Position numbers and translations under genes: made by a program. From the IMG/VR virus record IMGVR_UViG_3300042894_003697: a stretch of 64,000 nt of DNA, one strand, 5' to 3'. The notes beneath the pieces are model-generated. The model was not told where the DNA came from and did no database searches. It was given only the letters and a program-made list of their open reading frames with translations. Each line of letters begins with the position of its first letter. The first letter of the stretch is position 1. Below, piece by piece: positions 10,037 to 19,574 of this stretch. This DNA comes from an uncultured virus (IMG/VR IMGVR_UViG_3300042894_003697) (lineage: Duplodnaviria > Heunggongvirae > Uroviricota > Caudoviricetes).

Positions 10037-11111
10037 TAAACATCTCCATTAACTCTTTCCATAATATGTTTTCAAATCCTGTGCCATAAAAATGTTCAAA
10101 GTTATGTTCCACTATTGGCACACAAGCACGATGTATTTGTTGTCGTTCTTTAATAGATAGACTGTTTAAATCTTTAAGTAATTGTGTAACTTTTTCAATT
10201 CTCTTAATATCGTTGGTTTCTTCATCATAGCTTTCGTCAAAAATTCCTTGAAAAGTTTGAAACCCGTAACTTCTCATATAGCGTAAACTATGTGCAGGTG
10301 CTACTAACACAAACGGCATTTCTAGTGCAATAGCCTTGAATGTTTTTTCTGTTATATGCAATCGTTGACCAAAATACACTGTTTCTGTTGGTACATACAC
10401 CAAACTATCTGCTGCCTCATCAAAGTTAGTCAACCAACAACTGGTCATTTGTTGGGTTTCTTCCCCCGGAAATAGTTTAGGTAAGTCTGCTGTCCGAAAC
10501 ATTTGCTCTATGTCAGGATATATGTTATTATACTTTTTAGCTACTACTGAAATATCTATATTTTCGTATACACATGTGCGTGGCGCAGATATCCAGTTGT
10601 TTTCTAAATTATATTTGAATACATTATACAAAAACAACACACGATGATCACGTTTTCCGGCAATAATGCGATTGGGACTTATAAAAGTTTTTGTTGGTGC
10701 ACGATCACGAGCACGTGGTATTAGGAATGTTTTATCATACCCCCTGAACCAATCTTTACAAGCCCACCCATGATAAAAATAATAATGACTACTCCATCCA
10801 TAAGTTGCACACAGTTTCTCGACAAATTCACCTTGTTCACTGACAATTATGTGTCCAATTGGTTCTGGAGTTATATCACGATTTCGAATCAAAACTTTTT
10901 GAAATAAAGAGTTGTGTAAATCTAAATGCACAGGTTCTTGATCATGCAAAAATACATAGTCATTTTCTACAATGCTAACAACCCCAAGATTAAATAGACT
11001 GTCTGGATTGGCACTACCAGGAGGGTCACAAAAAAATAATCTAGTACCAGGCTTATTTTTCTTTAGCCAAGGCCAAATTGTATTGTTGTAAATTTCATCT
11101 ATTCTAATCAT
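10020..11111 (-). CDS. Putative glycosyltransferase-like protein (ET…TEKT family)
   Basis: TETVY…ITEKTFKAI…PFVL…GFQTF…DESYD motif, shared with 35735-37701. Confidence 0.55.
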   Translation of the reverse strand: MIRIDEIYNNTIWPWLKKNKPGTRLFFCDPPGSANPDSLFNLGVVSIVENDYVFLHDQEPVHLDLHNSLFQKVLIRNRDITPEPIGHIIVSEQGEFVEKLCATYGWSSHYYFYHGWACKDWFRGYDKTFLIPRARDRAPTKTFISPNRIIAGKRDHRVLFLYNVFKYNLENNWISAPRTCVYENIDISVVAKKYNNIYPDIEQMFRTADLPKLFPGEETQQMTSCWLTNFDEAADSLVYVPTETVYFGQRLHITEKTFKAIALEMPFVLVAPAHSLRYMRSYGFQTFQGIFDESYDEETNDIKRIEKVTQLLKDLNSLSIKERQQIHRACVPIVEHNFEHFYGTGFENILWKELMEMFNEFTV

Positions 11112-11112
11112 T

Positions 11113-12717
11113 ATGTTTGACGTATTTTATTCCGGAATCAAGCCCAATTTATTTCCTCATGAGCAGTCAGCCACTGATATCGAGCATGCAATAACTCTGA
11201 GTGGTACAAGATATTTTTGGTGGATAAATTACTTATCGGACTACTCAGGCTTTGATTTTCTTTGGGAGCCAGTATCATGGGAAAAAGATCAAACACATGT
11301 ATGGCCCAGTCAACATCAAGAAAATGGCGGTACTTATCTTGTGCCTAAACAACACAGCAGTGAAGTCAACAGAAAACATAATAAAATACCTCGTGTAAAA
11401 AGTGTACCTATCATAGGAATTGACCACGGCAATGGATTAAACTGTACTGTTGATAGATCTAGTAGATTTATAAATGACTATCTAGGAACTCTTAAGCGTG
11501 TGTTGTCAACAGTGAAAGATGAGTATGTTTGGATAGTTAGCAGTGTATGTGATTATTCTGATTTTGATTTTACCTGGCATCCCAGTGAATGGCAGGCCGC
11601 AATGTTGCATGTATTTCACAGCAACGAACAAAAATTTGGAGACACGTTTTACATACATGTGCCTAGCTTTCTTAAAGGAACTGAGAATTTAGTGTTGTTA
11701 GAATGGTTCAATACCATTCACTTTGTAGAAGATATTCAAGTTCCACGCCGCCCTGTACCTGTGGTACAACACACGCATGACACTCATGTACAAGCAGTTT
11801 GGGAATATGACTTTCAAGATCCAGTGGTGGAATTTACTGTTGATAATTATCGTGGGGGTGTTCCTACAGTTAATCTTTGGCGGCAGTCTGTGCGTGATGT
11901 AACACCGTTGACTCCAGGAGCATCTCGAGTGCTGGTGCCAAGAGATGCTAAAAATCATTTAAAAACACAATTGTACGATTATCCAGTCATAAACAAAACA
12001 CATCGAACTGTTGGAAAAGACAATCCGTTAGATATTGTGTTTATCAGCAACGGTGAGCCCATGGCTGAAGATAACTGGCTTCATCTCTTTGACACATGCA
12101 GCCAACTCAACAGAATTACTCGTATAAATGGTGTCAACGGCCGTGTGGCAGCTTATCATGCAGCAGCCGCAGCCAGTAACACACCTTGGTTTTTTGCAGT
12201 GTTTGCTAAACTACAGGTAGAATCTATCTTTGACTGGTCCTGGCAACCAGATAGATTACAAGAACCCAAGCACTATATTTTTTATGCAGCCAATCCTGTG
12301 AATGGCCTGGTGTACGGACATCAAGCAATGATTGCTTATAATAAAAAACTAGTGTTAAACAACTCTGGTGTCGGATTGGACTTCACGCTAGACTCAGCAC
12401 ATGAAGTTGTGCCTGTTATGTCTGGCACTGCTTATTATTGTGAAAGTGCATGGGTGTGTTGGAGAACTGCATTTCGTGAAGCACTTAAACTTCGACACAG
12501 TTTGCCCAACGTAGAAAATGAATATAGACTTAAATGTTGGTTAAAAGAAGACTCTGGTACTATTGCCAATGGACATTGGAGCCATAAAGGTGCACAAGAT
12601 GCAGTGGAGTTTTATGAATTAGTAAACGGGGATTTTGCCGAGCTCAAAAAAAGCTATGACTGGGCTTGGCTGGCCAGCTATGCGTTTGTTAAACGGAATC
12701 TAACAACTGATCAATGA
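11113..12717 (+). CDS. Putative glycosyltransferase-like multidomain protein
   Basis: 534 aa; DIVFISNGE…GVNGRVAAYHAAA GT-A-like C-terminal region with an internally repeated FDFxWxP motif. Confidence 0.55.
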   Translation: MFDVFYSGIKPNLFPHEQSATDIEHAITLSGTRYFWWINYLSDYSGFDFLWEPVSWEKDQTHVWPSQHQENGGTYLVPKQHSSEVNRKHNKIPRVKSVPIIGIDHGNGLNCTVDRSSRFINDYLGTLKRVLSTVKDEYVWIVSSVCDYSDFDFTWHPSEWQAAMLHVFHSNEQKFGDTFYIHVPSFLKGTENLVLLEWFNTIHFVEDIQVPRRPVPVVQHTHDTHVQAVWEYDFQDPVVEFTVDNYRGGVPTVNLWRQSVRDVTPLTPGASRVLVPRDAKNHLKTQLYDYPVINKTHRTVGKDNPLDIVFISNGEPMAEDNWLHLFDTCSQLNRITRINGVNGRVAAYHAAAAASNTPWFFAVFAKLQVESIFDWSWQPDRLQEPKHYIFYAANPVNGLVYGHQAMIAYNKKLVLNNSGVGLDFTLDSAHEVVPVMSGTAYYCESAWVCWRTAFREALKLRHSLPNVENEYRLKCWLKEDSGTIANGHWSHKGAQDAVEFYELVNGDFAELKKSYDWAWLASYAFVKRNLTTDQ

Positions 12718-13801
12718 TGTATTCTATTTCTAAATCTGTAAGCTCAGGATACAGTGGAAGAGAAAGCACACGCCGACTGAGCATGGTTGCTACACTTGTC
12801 ATATCGGGCCCAACAAACTGTTGATACGCAGGCAGTTCGTGCAATGGGTTACGATAGTGTATTTTAGTTTCTATATTTTTTAAGGCAATTTTACGTTGCA
12901 CTATATCTGCGTTGTCTACTTCTATAACAAACTTGTGAAAGCAATGTCCTGAGCGAGTTTGATCATTGACTAAACATCTAATATGATTGTGATCTTTTAG
13001 TCGATCGCACCAATGATCGACTATCTTTTCTCGTTGATGTTGCCACTGGTCAATGTACTTTGTTTTAACCAGCATGGTAGCACAGTCTATTTCACTCATG
13101 CGGCTATTAGTTCCTGTTTCAACATTTCCGGGTTTACCATTGTCTCTCCAAGCCCGAGCAAATTCTGCCAGTTTGAGATCTGGAGTAAGCACTGCACCGC
13201 CATTGCCATAGTTAGACAAATTTTTCATTGGATCAAAACTAATGGCCATAGCATTGGCAATTGACATTTTTCTTGTAGATAGCCAATGTTGAGCACCATC
13301 TTCCAACAACAGTCCTGTGGATACTTTATTGGTCAATGTATAATGAGGAATTGCACCGTATAGTCCTACTAGTACTGTGGCATCATACACCTTGTTTTTG
13401 GAGATGTTTGAATAGTTAGCTAACCCATTACGGTCAACGTCTGAGAATTCTATATTCCAACCAGCCCGTAGAAAAGCATTGGCAGTGGCCTGATAGGTAA
13501 GAGTAGGTAACAGTACTGTAGCCGAGTTATTACTAGACAAGTAATTTTTGATGCAATACTCGGCTATGATTTCCAAAGCCTGAGTGCCACTGTGACAAGT
13601 TATAGCATACTTGGTATTATTTTTTTTTGCCAACCAAGATTCAAATTCAACCGTGTAGTTGCCATTCATCAACTGTCCAGACCTCAGAACAGTATCTATA
13701 GCATTGAGGATTTCAGATCTGAGATTGTTGTATTGCTTTTGGAGCCCAGTAAAGGGAATTTTTAATCCAGGTGTAGTAATTTTCAAATCCTTCTTTGACA
13801 T
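12689..13801 (-). CDS. DegT/DnrJ/EryC1/StrS PLP-dependent sugar aminotransferase (start uncertain)
   Basis: SGTQAL, EDGAQ, SFDPMKNL…GNGG, LSLPLYPEL. Confidence 0.9.
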   Translation of the reverse strand: MSKKDLKITTPGLKIPFTGLQKQYNNLRSEILNAIDTVLRSGQLMNGNYTVEFESWLAKKNNTKYAITCHSGTQALEIIAEYCIKNYLSSNNSATVLLPTLTYQATANAFLRAGWNIEFSDVDRNGLANYSNISKNKVYDATVLVGLYGAIPHYTLTNKVSTGLLLEDGAQHWLSTRKMSIANAMAISFDPMKNLSNYGNGGAVLTPDLKLAEFARAWRDNGKPGNVETGTNSRMSEIDCATMLVKTKYIDQWQHQREKIVDHWCDRLKDHNHIRCLVNDQTRSGHCFHKFVIEVDNADIVQRKIALKNIETKIHYRNPLHELPAYQQFVGPDMTSVATMLSRRVLSLPLYPELTDLEIEYIIDQLLDSV

Positions 13802-14693
13802 CTACTTTGGGGTCAAATCCAAAGTCATTGCGTGCCGCATCAATATTTAATGCACCACGACTTGGAAAATCTGCATCCTTGTCTCTTAGTTCAATGGTGC
13901 CAGACCCTACAATATCAACAATCATTTTGGCAGCTTGGCTCAAACTAACACTATGACTCTTGGTAATATTATATATTTTATTATCAGTATTATTACTCAC
14001 GGCTGCTTCAACAATGCCTGCGGCTGCATCATCTACGTAGGTAAAGTCCAAGGTTTCGTTGGAGCCGTTTACATAAAGAGTTTCTCCGCGCATAGCTCTG
14101 AGCATAAATTTTGCAACCACTCGGTCTTCAACGTCAAGTGGTCCGTATACAGCGCTAGGGCGAATAATAGTATAATTAAAACTGCCACGACGGGCGTAAT
14201 CTTTGACAAGGTGTTCTCCTGATAGTTTCATAATTCCATATTGACCAATTGGATTGCATACAGCGTTTTCTGTTACATCATCCAAGAAGTCCCCGTAGAC
14301 CATTGAGCTAGAAATGTACAATACTTTACGCACATGGTGTTTTCGAGCACTTTCAAGTATGTTAATAAGTCCTTCCATCATGACTCGGCTGCCCCATGCA
14401 GGATCAGCATTGACAACTTTTTGTCGCGGAAAACTGGCCATGTGTATAACAATTTCCGGTCTGTGTTTACCTATTACGTAATCCACAGTTTCTGCAGATT
14501 CAATGGATGCACTGTAAATCGGGCTATTAACTTTTTTTAGCCTTTCGCCCATAAGATAATCTAACTCATCTTGCGGAACAAGCCCGTAGTTTGTTTTATT
14601 GTCAATTATTGATACTGAATGATCTAATTTTTCTAGTAGATTTACTACATTATGACCAATAAGACCACACCCACCTGTCACTAATATATTCAT
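13713..14693 (-). CDS. NAD-dependent nucleotide-sugar epimerase/dehydratase
   Basis: TGGCGLIG, SSSMVYG, YGIMK. Confidence 0.9.
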   Translation of the reverse strand: MNILVTGGCGLIGHNVVNLLEKLDHSVSIIDNKTNYGLVPQDELDYLMGERLKKVNSPIYSASIESAETVDYVIGKHRPEIVIHMASFPRQKVVNADPAWGSRVMMEGLINILESARKHHVRKVLYISSSMVYGDFLDDVTENAVCNPIGQYGIMKLSGEHLVKDYARRGSFNYTIIRPSAVYGPLDVEDRVVAKFMLRAMRGETLYVNGSNETLDFTYVDDAAAGIVEAAVSNNTDNKIYNITKSHSVSLSQAAKMIVDIVGSGTIELRDKDADFPSRGALNIDAARNDFGFDPKVDVKEGFENYYTWIKNSLYWAPKAIQQSQI

Positions 14694-15685
14694 TTGGTTA
14701 TTTCTCCGTATAGGTAATTGCTCCACCATTCATGCCCTTGTTCCAATGGATGCTTGGTAGCATGCGGACTATTAAATGGGGAATTTGTCAACCAGTTAAC
14801 CGCTTCGAGTGATTGTTCTATTAGCTCGAGCAACTGTAGTTTACTATTTTGAATTTGTAGATGCTTGATAAATTTAGTAACTGGATCTATAGCTATGCCA
14901 CTCATTAAGTATAATGGATCTGGATATTTAGTTAAATTTCCGTGATCTGCAATAACGTCAACCCAGCGTTGAGTAACATAATTACCAGACTGTAACTGTT
15001 TGTTATTGTTAAAAAAACTAGTAAAATTCCTACCTACATAACAGTTTAAATTTAGTTTACTAAATTTGTTGAGAACAGAATTTAGTGCAGTGACGGAGTA
15101 TTGTTCAACCAGTTCTAGTAGTTCCAACACACTGGTGGCAAATTTTATTTTTAAATACAATTGTAATATATGAGTAAATTCTAAATTTTCCGTAGATAAT
15201 TCATTTATTGCAAAAGACATGTCAGACTCATTATATGTGCCATTGACAATGTCATTGAACCTTGGCCAGGTGTCGCCGGCTAATACATCAGTGTATAAAG
15301 ATTCATAATCTAAAAAAGTGTTAGTTAATTCTCTGCCAGACTCAGTCAGCGTAACTACCAAATAAATTTGTTTGTATGTTTTAGTTAACTCAGAAAGAAC
15401 TTTATGCAGATGATTAATTACCGATATATTATCAAGTCCTGGTAGCCCAATATTAATAAAATCAGCTGAAAGTTTTTTTGCTAGTAGATGCCCATAAATG
15501 TGATTGGTTCTGTGTTCAACGTTGTCATAATATCTATTGGTACCGCCAAGGCTATCGCCCCATGTCCAACTATCACCTGCAGTTATCAATAATATATCTT
15601 TATTGTAATCTTTTTCAAAATACCAGTGACGATCCGGTTCATGCGGTAACATAAGTGAGTCAATGGATAATTGAGTTAACTGCAT
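14690..15685 (-). CDS. SGNH-like hypothetical protein
   Basis: AGDSWTWG, NIGLPG, C-terminal HP. Confidence 0.6.
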   Translation of the reverse strand: MQLTQLSIDSLMLPHEPDRHWYFEKDYNKDILLITAGDSWTWGDSLGGTNRYYDNVEHRTNHIYGHLLAKKLSADFINIGLPGLDNISVINHLHKVLSELTKTYKQIYLVVTLTESGRELTNTFLDYESLYTDVLAGDTWPRFNDIVNGTYNESDMSFAINELSTENLEFTHILQLYLKIKFATSVLELLELVEQYSVTALNSVLNKFSKLNLNCYVGRNFTSFFNNNKQLQSGNYVTQRWVDVIADHGNLTKYPDPLYLMSGIAIDPVTKFIKHLQIQNSKLQLLELIEQSLEAVNWLTNSPFNSPHATKHPLEQGHEWWSNYLYGEITK

Positions 15686-16011
15686 TTATTGCCCCATCGT
15701 AATTGCCAATATACCTGATCAGACTCTGTTAATCTTGCAAATATATAATATTTAAATCCATAGTTGTAAAGATCTGGTCGTCTGACCCAGTAAGGTTTAT
15801 CTTCTGCATGCGCCATGACCCAGGCTCCTGCTTCACTTTCTTGCCACTCTATCAATGGTTGTCCAGCATATAAATCTGGATCCTCTACATCGCCCATTGT
15901 AAATGAATGTACCTGGACATCACTAAATTTTACAGGTTTGTCGTTGACAATCTTTGTGTATGGTTCTTGAAATAGTTCAGACCATTTTCCGTCTGCAGAT
16001 GTTAGTGCCAT
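15676..16011 (-). CDS. Small hypothetical protein (…WQLRWG family)
   Basis: In operon; C-terminal motif shared with the genes at 22100-23559. Confidence 0.7.
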   Translation of the reverse strand: MALTSADGKWSELFQEPYTKIVNDKPVKFSDVQVHSFTMGDVEDPDLYAGQPLIEWQESEAGAWVMAHAEDKPYWVRRPDLYNYGFKYYIFARLTESDQVYWQLRWGNKCS

Positions 16012-16032
16012 AATTACATTTTAGCACACTTG

Positions 16033-16704
16033 TCAAATGTGCGCAACTAATTCGGTAGCCATTGGAAATATTTCTGCTATGACTTTGGCACAGGCAATTG
16101 CAACTTCTTGATGCTCTTGTTGCGTTCCGTTGGCACTGCGTAATTCTATAAAGTGTATCCAACTACGCAATGTACCATTCATGTACAGTCTACTTTCGAT
16201 CAGACCTTCGGGTAACACGGCCCGAGCTTGTTCTTTGGCTATGCCATTGGCAATGGCCCATTCGTATTCGCGTGTTGCAGCATAGATAACTCGTTGTTGA
16301 GCTCTGTACCATTCATTTTGTAACAGTTGATCATCCACAGCAACACTGTTCTGTCTGTTCTTAGGATCCTGCAGTCTTGCTTCTCTTGTAACAAAATTGA
16401 GATCTTTTGTTGGATCAGCATAGCGTTGGCTGAACTCTTGGAAGCTGAAACTTCTATGTCGAAGAATTTGTCGAGCAATATCTCTTGTGGTTGTAATTTC
16501 AATACAAGCCGAAACCATTTCAAGTGGTGACCAATGTTGGTGTTTGACTAGATACTTAATTAGTTTTTCACTGGTTTCTGTATTGAGTTGATTGCTAGGA
16601 TTGCTGACACGGGCACAGTACGCAATGAGTTCTTGTGCATCTTGTAGGCCCATATTTCTAAATTTGTCTGTAGGCTGGCTGTAAGACAGTAGTTTTACAT
16701 TCAT
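16033..16704 (-). CDS. thyX: Flavin-dependent thymidylate synthase
   Basis: HWSPLE and the RHRSFSFQEFSQRY signature. Confidence 0.97.
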   Translation of the reverse strand: MNVKLLSYSQPTDKFRNMGLQDAQELIAYCARVSNPSNQLNTETSEKLIKYLVKHQHWSPLEMVSACIEITTTRDIARQILRHRSFSFQEFSQRYADPTKDLNFVTREARLQDPKNRQNSVAVDDQLLQNEWYRAQQRVIYAATREYEWAIANGIAKEQARAVLPEGLIESRLYMNGTLRSWIHFIELRSANGTQQEHQEVAIACAKVIAEIFPMATELVAHI

Positions 16705-17480
16705 AATTCTAAGTTCTCTTTTATATAATTAAATAAAATTTTGTGTCCTTCTCTATTAGGATGTGCTTTATCTGGTTGAAATACAGGATGATTTTCAATT
16801 ATTAATCTATTAGAGTCTAATTTTAATAATTGATTAATAATTTTTTCAGATAACTCCATGCTAAATGGCAAAGCTCGAGACAAATTTAACCAATCATTGA
16901 TTAATATATCATCTATTGTCCACTGCCCCCAAGAACCAAAATGATCAAAATCCATCTCTTTGTACTGCTTGTATATTTCTTCTTTATTTGTCCACATTGG
17001 CCAAGTTGCATTGCCGACAAGTAACTTTGGCCAAGACTTTACCAAATTATTAAGATTATTAAACTGTTTGATAGAATCTGGAATTGGTGCAAGACCTCCT
17101 ATCAAGTGAATGGTAGCATTGTATTGTTCAGCTAATCGATTTAAACTTTCTAAATCTTTGTTTAATACATGCAATTGTAATTCAAACAATCCATTATGTT
17201 TGTTGAGCTCATCTTTAAGATGTTTAAAATTCTTGCCAAAACTTCTAGTTGCTTCAGTTAATATTAAAAATATATAATCTCCTGCTTTATACATTGTTTG
17301 AAATATGTTTTCTAATATTAGAATAGAGTCGTTATTTGATCCTGCTGGCTTTGATTTATTAATCACGGTATATCCATCGTCATTAAAAAATTGTTCTAGG
17401 CCAAGATGTTCAATGCTATGATTAATAGTCCATTCTCCGCACCCCCAACTATCACCTAATATAAAAATAGTAGGTTTCAT
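16701..17480 (-). CDS. SGNH-like hypothetical protein
   Basis: LGDSWGCG, N.S.PAGSN, DKAHPN. Confidence 0.6.
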   Translation of the reverse strand: MKPTIFILGDSWGCGEWTINHSIEHLGLEQFFNDDGYTVINKSKPAGSNNDSILILENIFQTMYKAGDYIFLILTEATRSFGKNFKHLKDELNKHNGLFELQLHVLNKDLESLNRLAEQYNATIHLIGGLAPIPDSIKQFNNLNNLVKSWPKLLVGNATWPMWTNKEEIYKQYKEMDFDHFGSWGQWTIDDILINDWLNLSRALPFSMELSEKIINQLLKLDSNRLIIENHPVFQPDKAHPNREGHKILFNYIKENLEL

Positions 17481-17782
17481 AATTTCTTTAGTAGTTTATC
17501 TGTTTCTGGTTGCACCATGGCTGCTACTGCAGATATGTCAACCACAAAGTCAATGTCTCGTATTTTGTCGTCAAGCTCGTTGATAGTTTTAGTCAACAGA
17601 CTTTCGATATCATCATAGTCTAGCCCTTGCTTTCTAAGAGTGTGTAAATTGATAGTTTGTTGCTGGCGCCCGTGGAATTTAATAATGATTTTTTTAATAC
17701 ATTCCAAAGGAACATCAGTTTTATTAACACCAGCAACTATGTGTTCCCACTGACTTAAAAAGTCATCATTGAGCTGTGGCAT
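17477..17782 (-). CDS. Hypothetical protein
   Basis: Coupled ORF in operon. Confidence 0.7.
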   Translation of the reverse strand: MPQLNDDFLSQWEHIVAGVNKTDVPLECIKKIIIKFHGRQQQTINLHTLRKQGLDYDDIESLLTKTINELDDKIRDIDFVVDISAVAAMVQPETDKLLKKL

Positions 17783-18515
17783 CTGCAACTTTGGCCTTAG
17801 AACGTCGGGCTTTGGGAACAGGTGCAGTTTCTGCAACCACTACTGGCGGTGCTTTTCTAGCATTTTTTGCATTCACAGTGGGATCCATGCGTTCAGCATC
17901 TTTCTTCATACGGGCAGCTTCGGCAACCATCTGCTTGGCATTGATCTCCATGGCCTTGGCCTGTGCCAACATGTTGGCTGCAATGTCACGATCAGTTAAC
18001 GCACCCTCCTGCCCGGCCTTGAGCACAGGTGGCGCAACATAGTTGGGATCTGCTTTTTCTGCGCGATCTTTTTTGTAGGCTGCTTCGGCGGCACGTTTGA
18101 CACCGGGTTCGACCATGCCGCGGCTAGCATCATTTTGTGCCATGCGTTTGATGGCATCATCACCTTGTTTCATCTCGTTCAACATCTTATTGAGCTCATC
18201 CAATCTGATACTTGAATTGGTTGTAGGTGTCATAATAACATCCGAGGTACGTACTTTTTTAATCATGCGTTCATTGTGCAATGTTTCTAAAATAGGGCGA
18301 CCGTCTGGCAACAGGCTACGATGCATGGCATTGGCCAACTCATCAGCAGTTTGACCAATGTCACTTTCTATAACCTTTTGAATGGCATCTTGCCAGTGTG
18401 CTGGTAATACTTCGGGATGAATAATCAAGCACATGTGATCCTCACCGGGCACTTGTCTAAATAATACGCATAACTTGCGATCGCCCATTCTACCTACGTG
18501 TTTTATAAATGCCAT
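17766..18515 (-). CDS. Hypothetical phage protein with coiled-coil C-terminus
   Basis: AGGAG SD; 249 aa. Confidence 0.8.
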   Translation of the reverse strand: MAFIKHVGRMGDRKLCVLFRQVPGEDHMCLIIHPEVLPAHWQDAIQKVIESDIGQTADELANAMHRSLLPDGRPILETLHNERMIKKVRTSDVIMTPTTNSSIRLDELNKMLNEMKQGDDAIKRMAQNDASRGMVEPGVKRAAEAAYKKDRAEKADPNYVAPPVLKAGQEGALTDRDIAANMLAQAKAMEINAKQMVAEAARMKKDAERMDPTVNAKNARKAPPVVVAETAPVPKARRSKAKVADATAQ

Positions 18516-18516
18516 G

Positions 18517-18723
18517 TTATTCTCCTGGATTGATTATGCCGGCTTCTGCTTTGGCTTGTTCTACTACTACTTCTAAAAATTGTGTGAGTTTGTTATAAAC
18601 TGCTCCAACTTCTGCAAGTTCGGCCCCGCGAAATGCTCCGCGTGATGATGCGAGATCTACAATGTTTTTTAGTACATCAAGATCTGCAATTGTGATTGTG
18701 ACGGGTTGTGTTGTGTCTTCCAT
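18517..18723 (-). CDS. Small hypothetical phage protein
   Basis: TAAATA late-promoter-like motif just upstream; abuts the next gene. Confidence 0.7.
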   Translation of the reverse strand: MEDTTQPVTITIADLDVLKNIVDLASSRGAFRGAELAEVGAVYNKLTQFLEVVVEQAKAEAGIINPGE

Positions 18724-18770
18724 GTAGATATTTACTTGTTAGTGTGTAGTGCAAAATATTTTTGTCATAG

Positions 18771-18795
18771 AAAAAGCCCTGTAAGCGGGCTTTTT
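18771..18795. terminator. Intrinsic terminator
   Basis: AAAAGCCC-loop-GGGCTTTTT. Confidence 0.75.
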
Positions 18796-18802
18796 GGATA
18801 AA

Positions 18803-19330
18803 TCAATCTAGGAAGTTGGCAGTTGGCACAGTTGATTCAACAATTTCTTCTTTCTTATGCCGGTTAATGACTTCTGAGAGAATTTTAACTACAAACTCAT
18901 TCAGTGTCATGTCAGCTTCGTGTGCCATGATCATAATTTTGTACAACACATCATCAGGCAAGTCAAGTGTGACAATCACACGAGTATCGTAGTCTTTGCC
19001 GGTAATGATTGCTGATGCTTTTTCTATAAAATCATCTTCAACTTCAAGATCCGTCCATTCAGTGTCATCCCAAGCAGTTTTATCATATTTAATATCTGCA
19101 TAGTCCAGATTGTTCAATCTGTATGCACGATTGCGTTGATAGTCGCAGGCTTCAACACTGTACACTGCCTGTGTCTTTTGGTCAAACACAATTTGCATAC
19201 TATAACCACCATCAGCCTGTTGACCATTCCATGATGTCAGGCAAAAAAGATTTTGACCATTGAGATAGTACTCACTGCCTTCGGTGATTCGGTAATCAAT
19301 CAGTTGCATCCATTGTTTAAGTGTGATCAT
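18803..19330 (-). CDS. Hypothetical phage protein
   Basis: AGGA SD; 175 aa. Confidence 0.75.
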   Translation of the reverse strand: MITLKQWMQLIDYRITEGSEYYLNGQNLFCLTSWNGQQADGGYSMQIVFDQKTQAVYSVEACDYQRNRAYRLNNLDYADIKYDKTAWDDTEWTDLEVEDDFIEKASAIITGKDYDTRVIVTLDLPDDVLYKIMIMAHEADMTLNEFVVKILSEVINRHKKEEIVESTVPTANFLD

Positions 19331-19376
19331 AATTTGTTCCTATAAAATAAGTAATTTCCTGTTGTAATTAAACGTT

Positions 19377-19574
19377 TCATCTTTTTTTAATTTCAAAATG
19401 AGTACGTATTTGTTCTGCCAGATGATTATAGCGCATGTGAGCACCTTGATTCTCTACTATGTCAACACATTCTCGCACAATCAACTCGGCAAACTTTTCT
19501 AACTGCATTGCGTTAACTTCTGGATAATGACTGCCACCGGCTTGCAGAGCCAGTTGTTTAATTCGTTCGTTCAT
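19377..19574 (-). CDS. Small hypothetical phage protein (MNERIKQLA…FAELIVREC)
   Basis: ATGA-coupled to the upstream gene. Confidence 0.7.
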   Translation of the reverse strand: MNERIKQLALQAGGSHYPEVNAMQLEKFAELIVRECVDIVENQGAHMRYNHLAEQIRTHFEIKKR

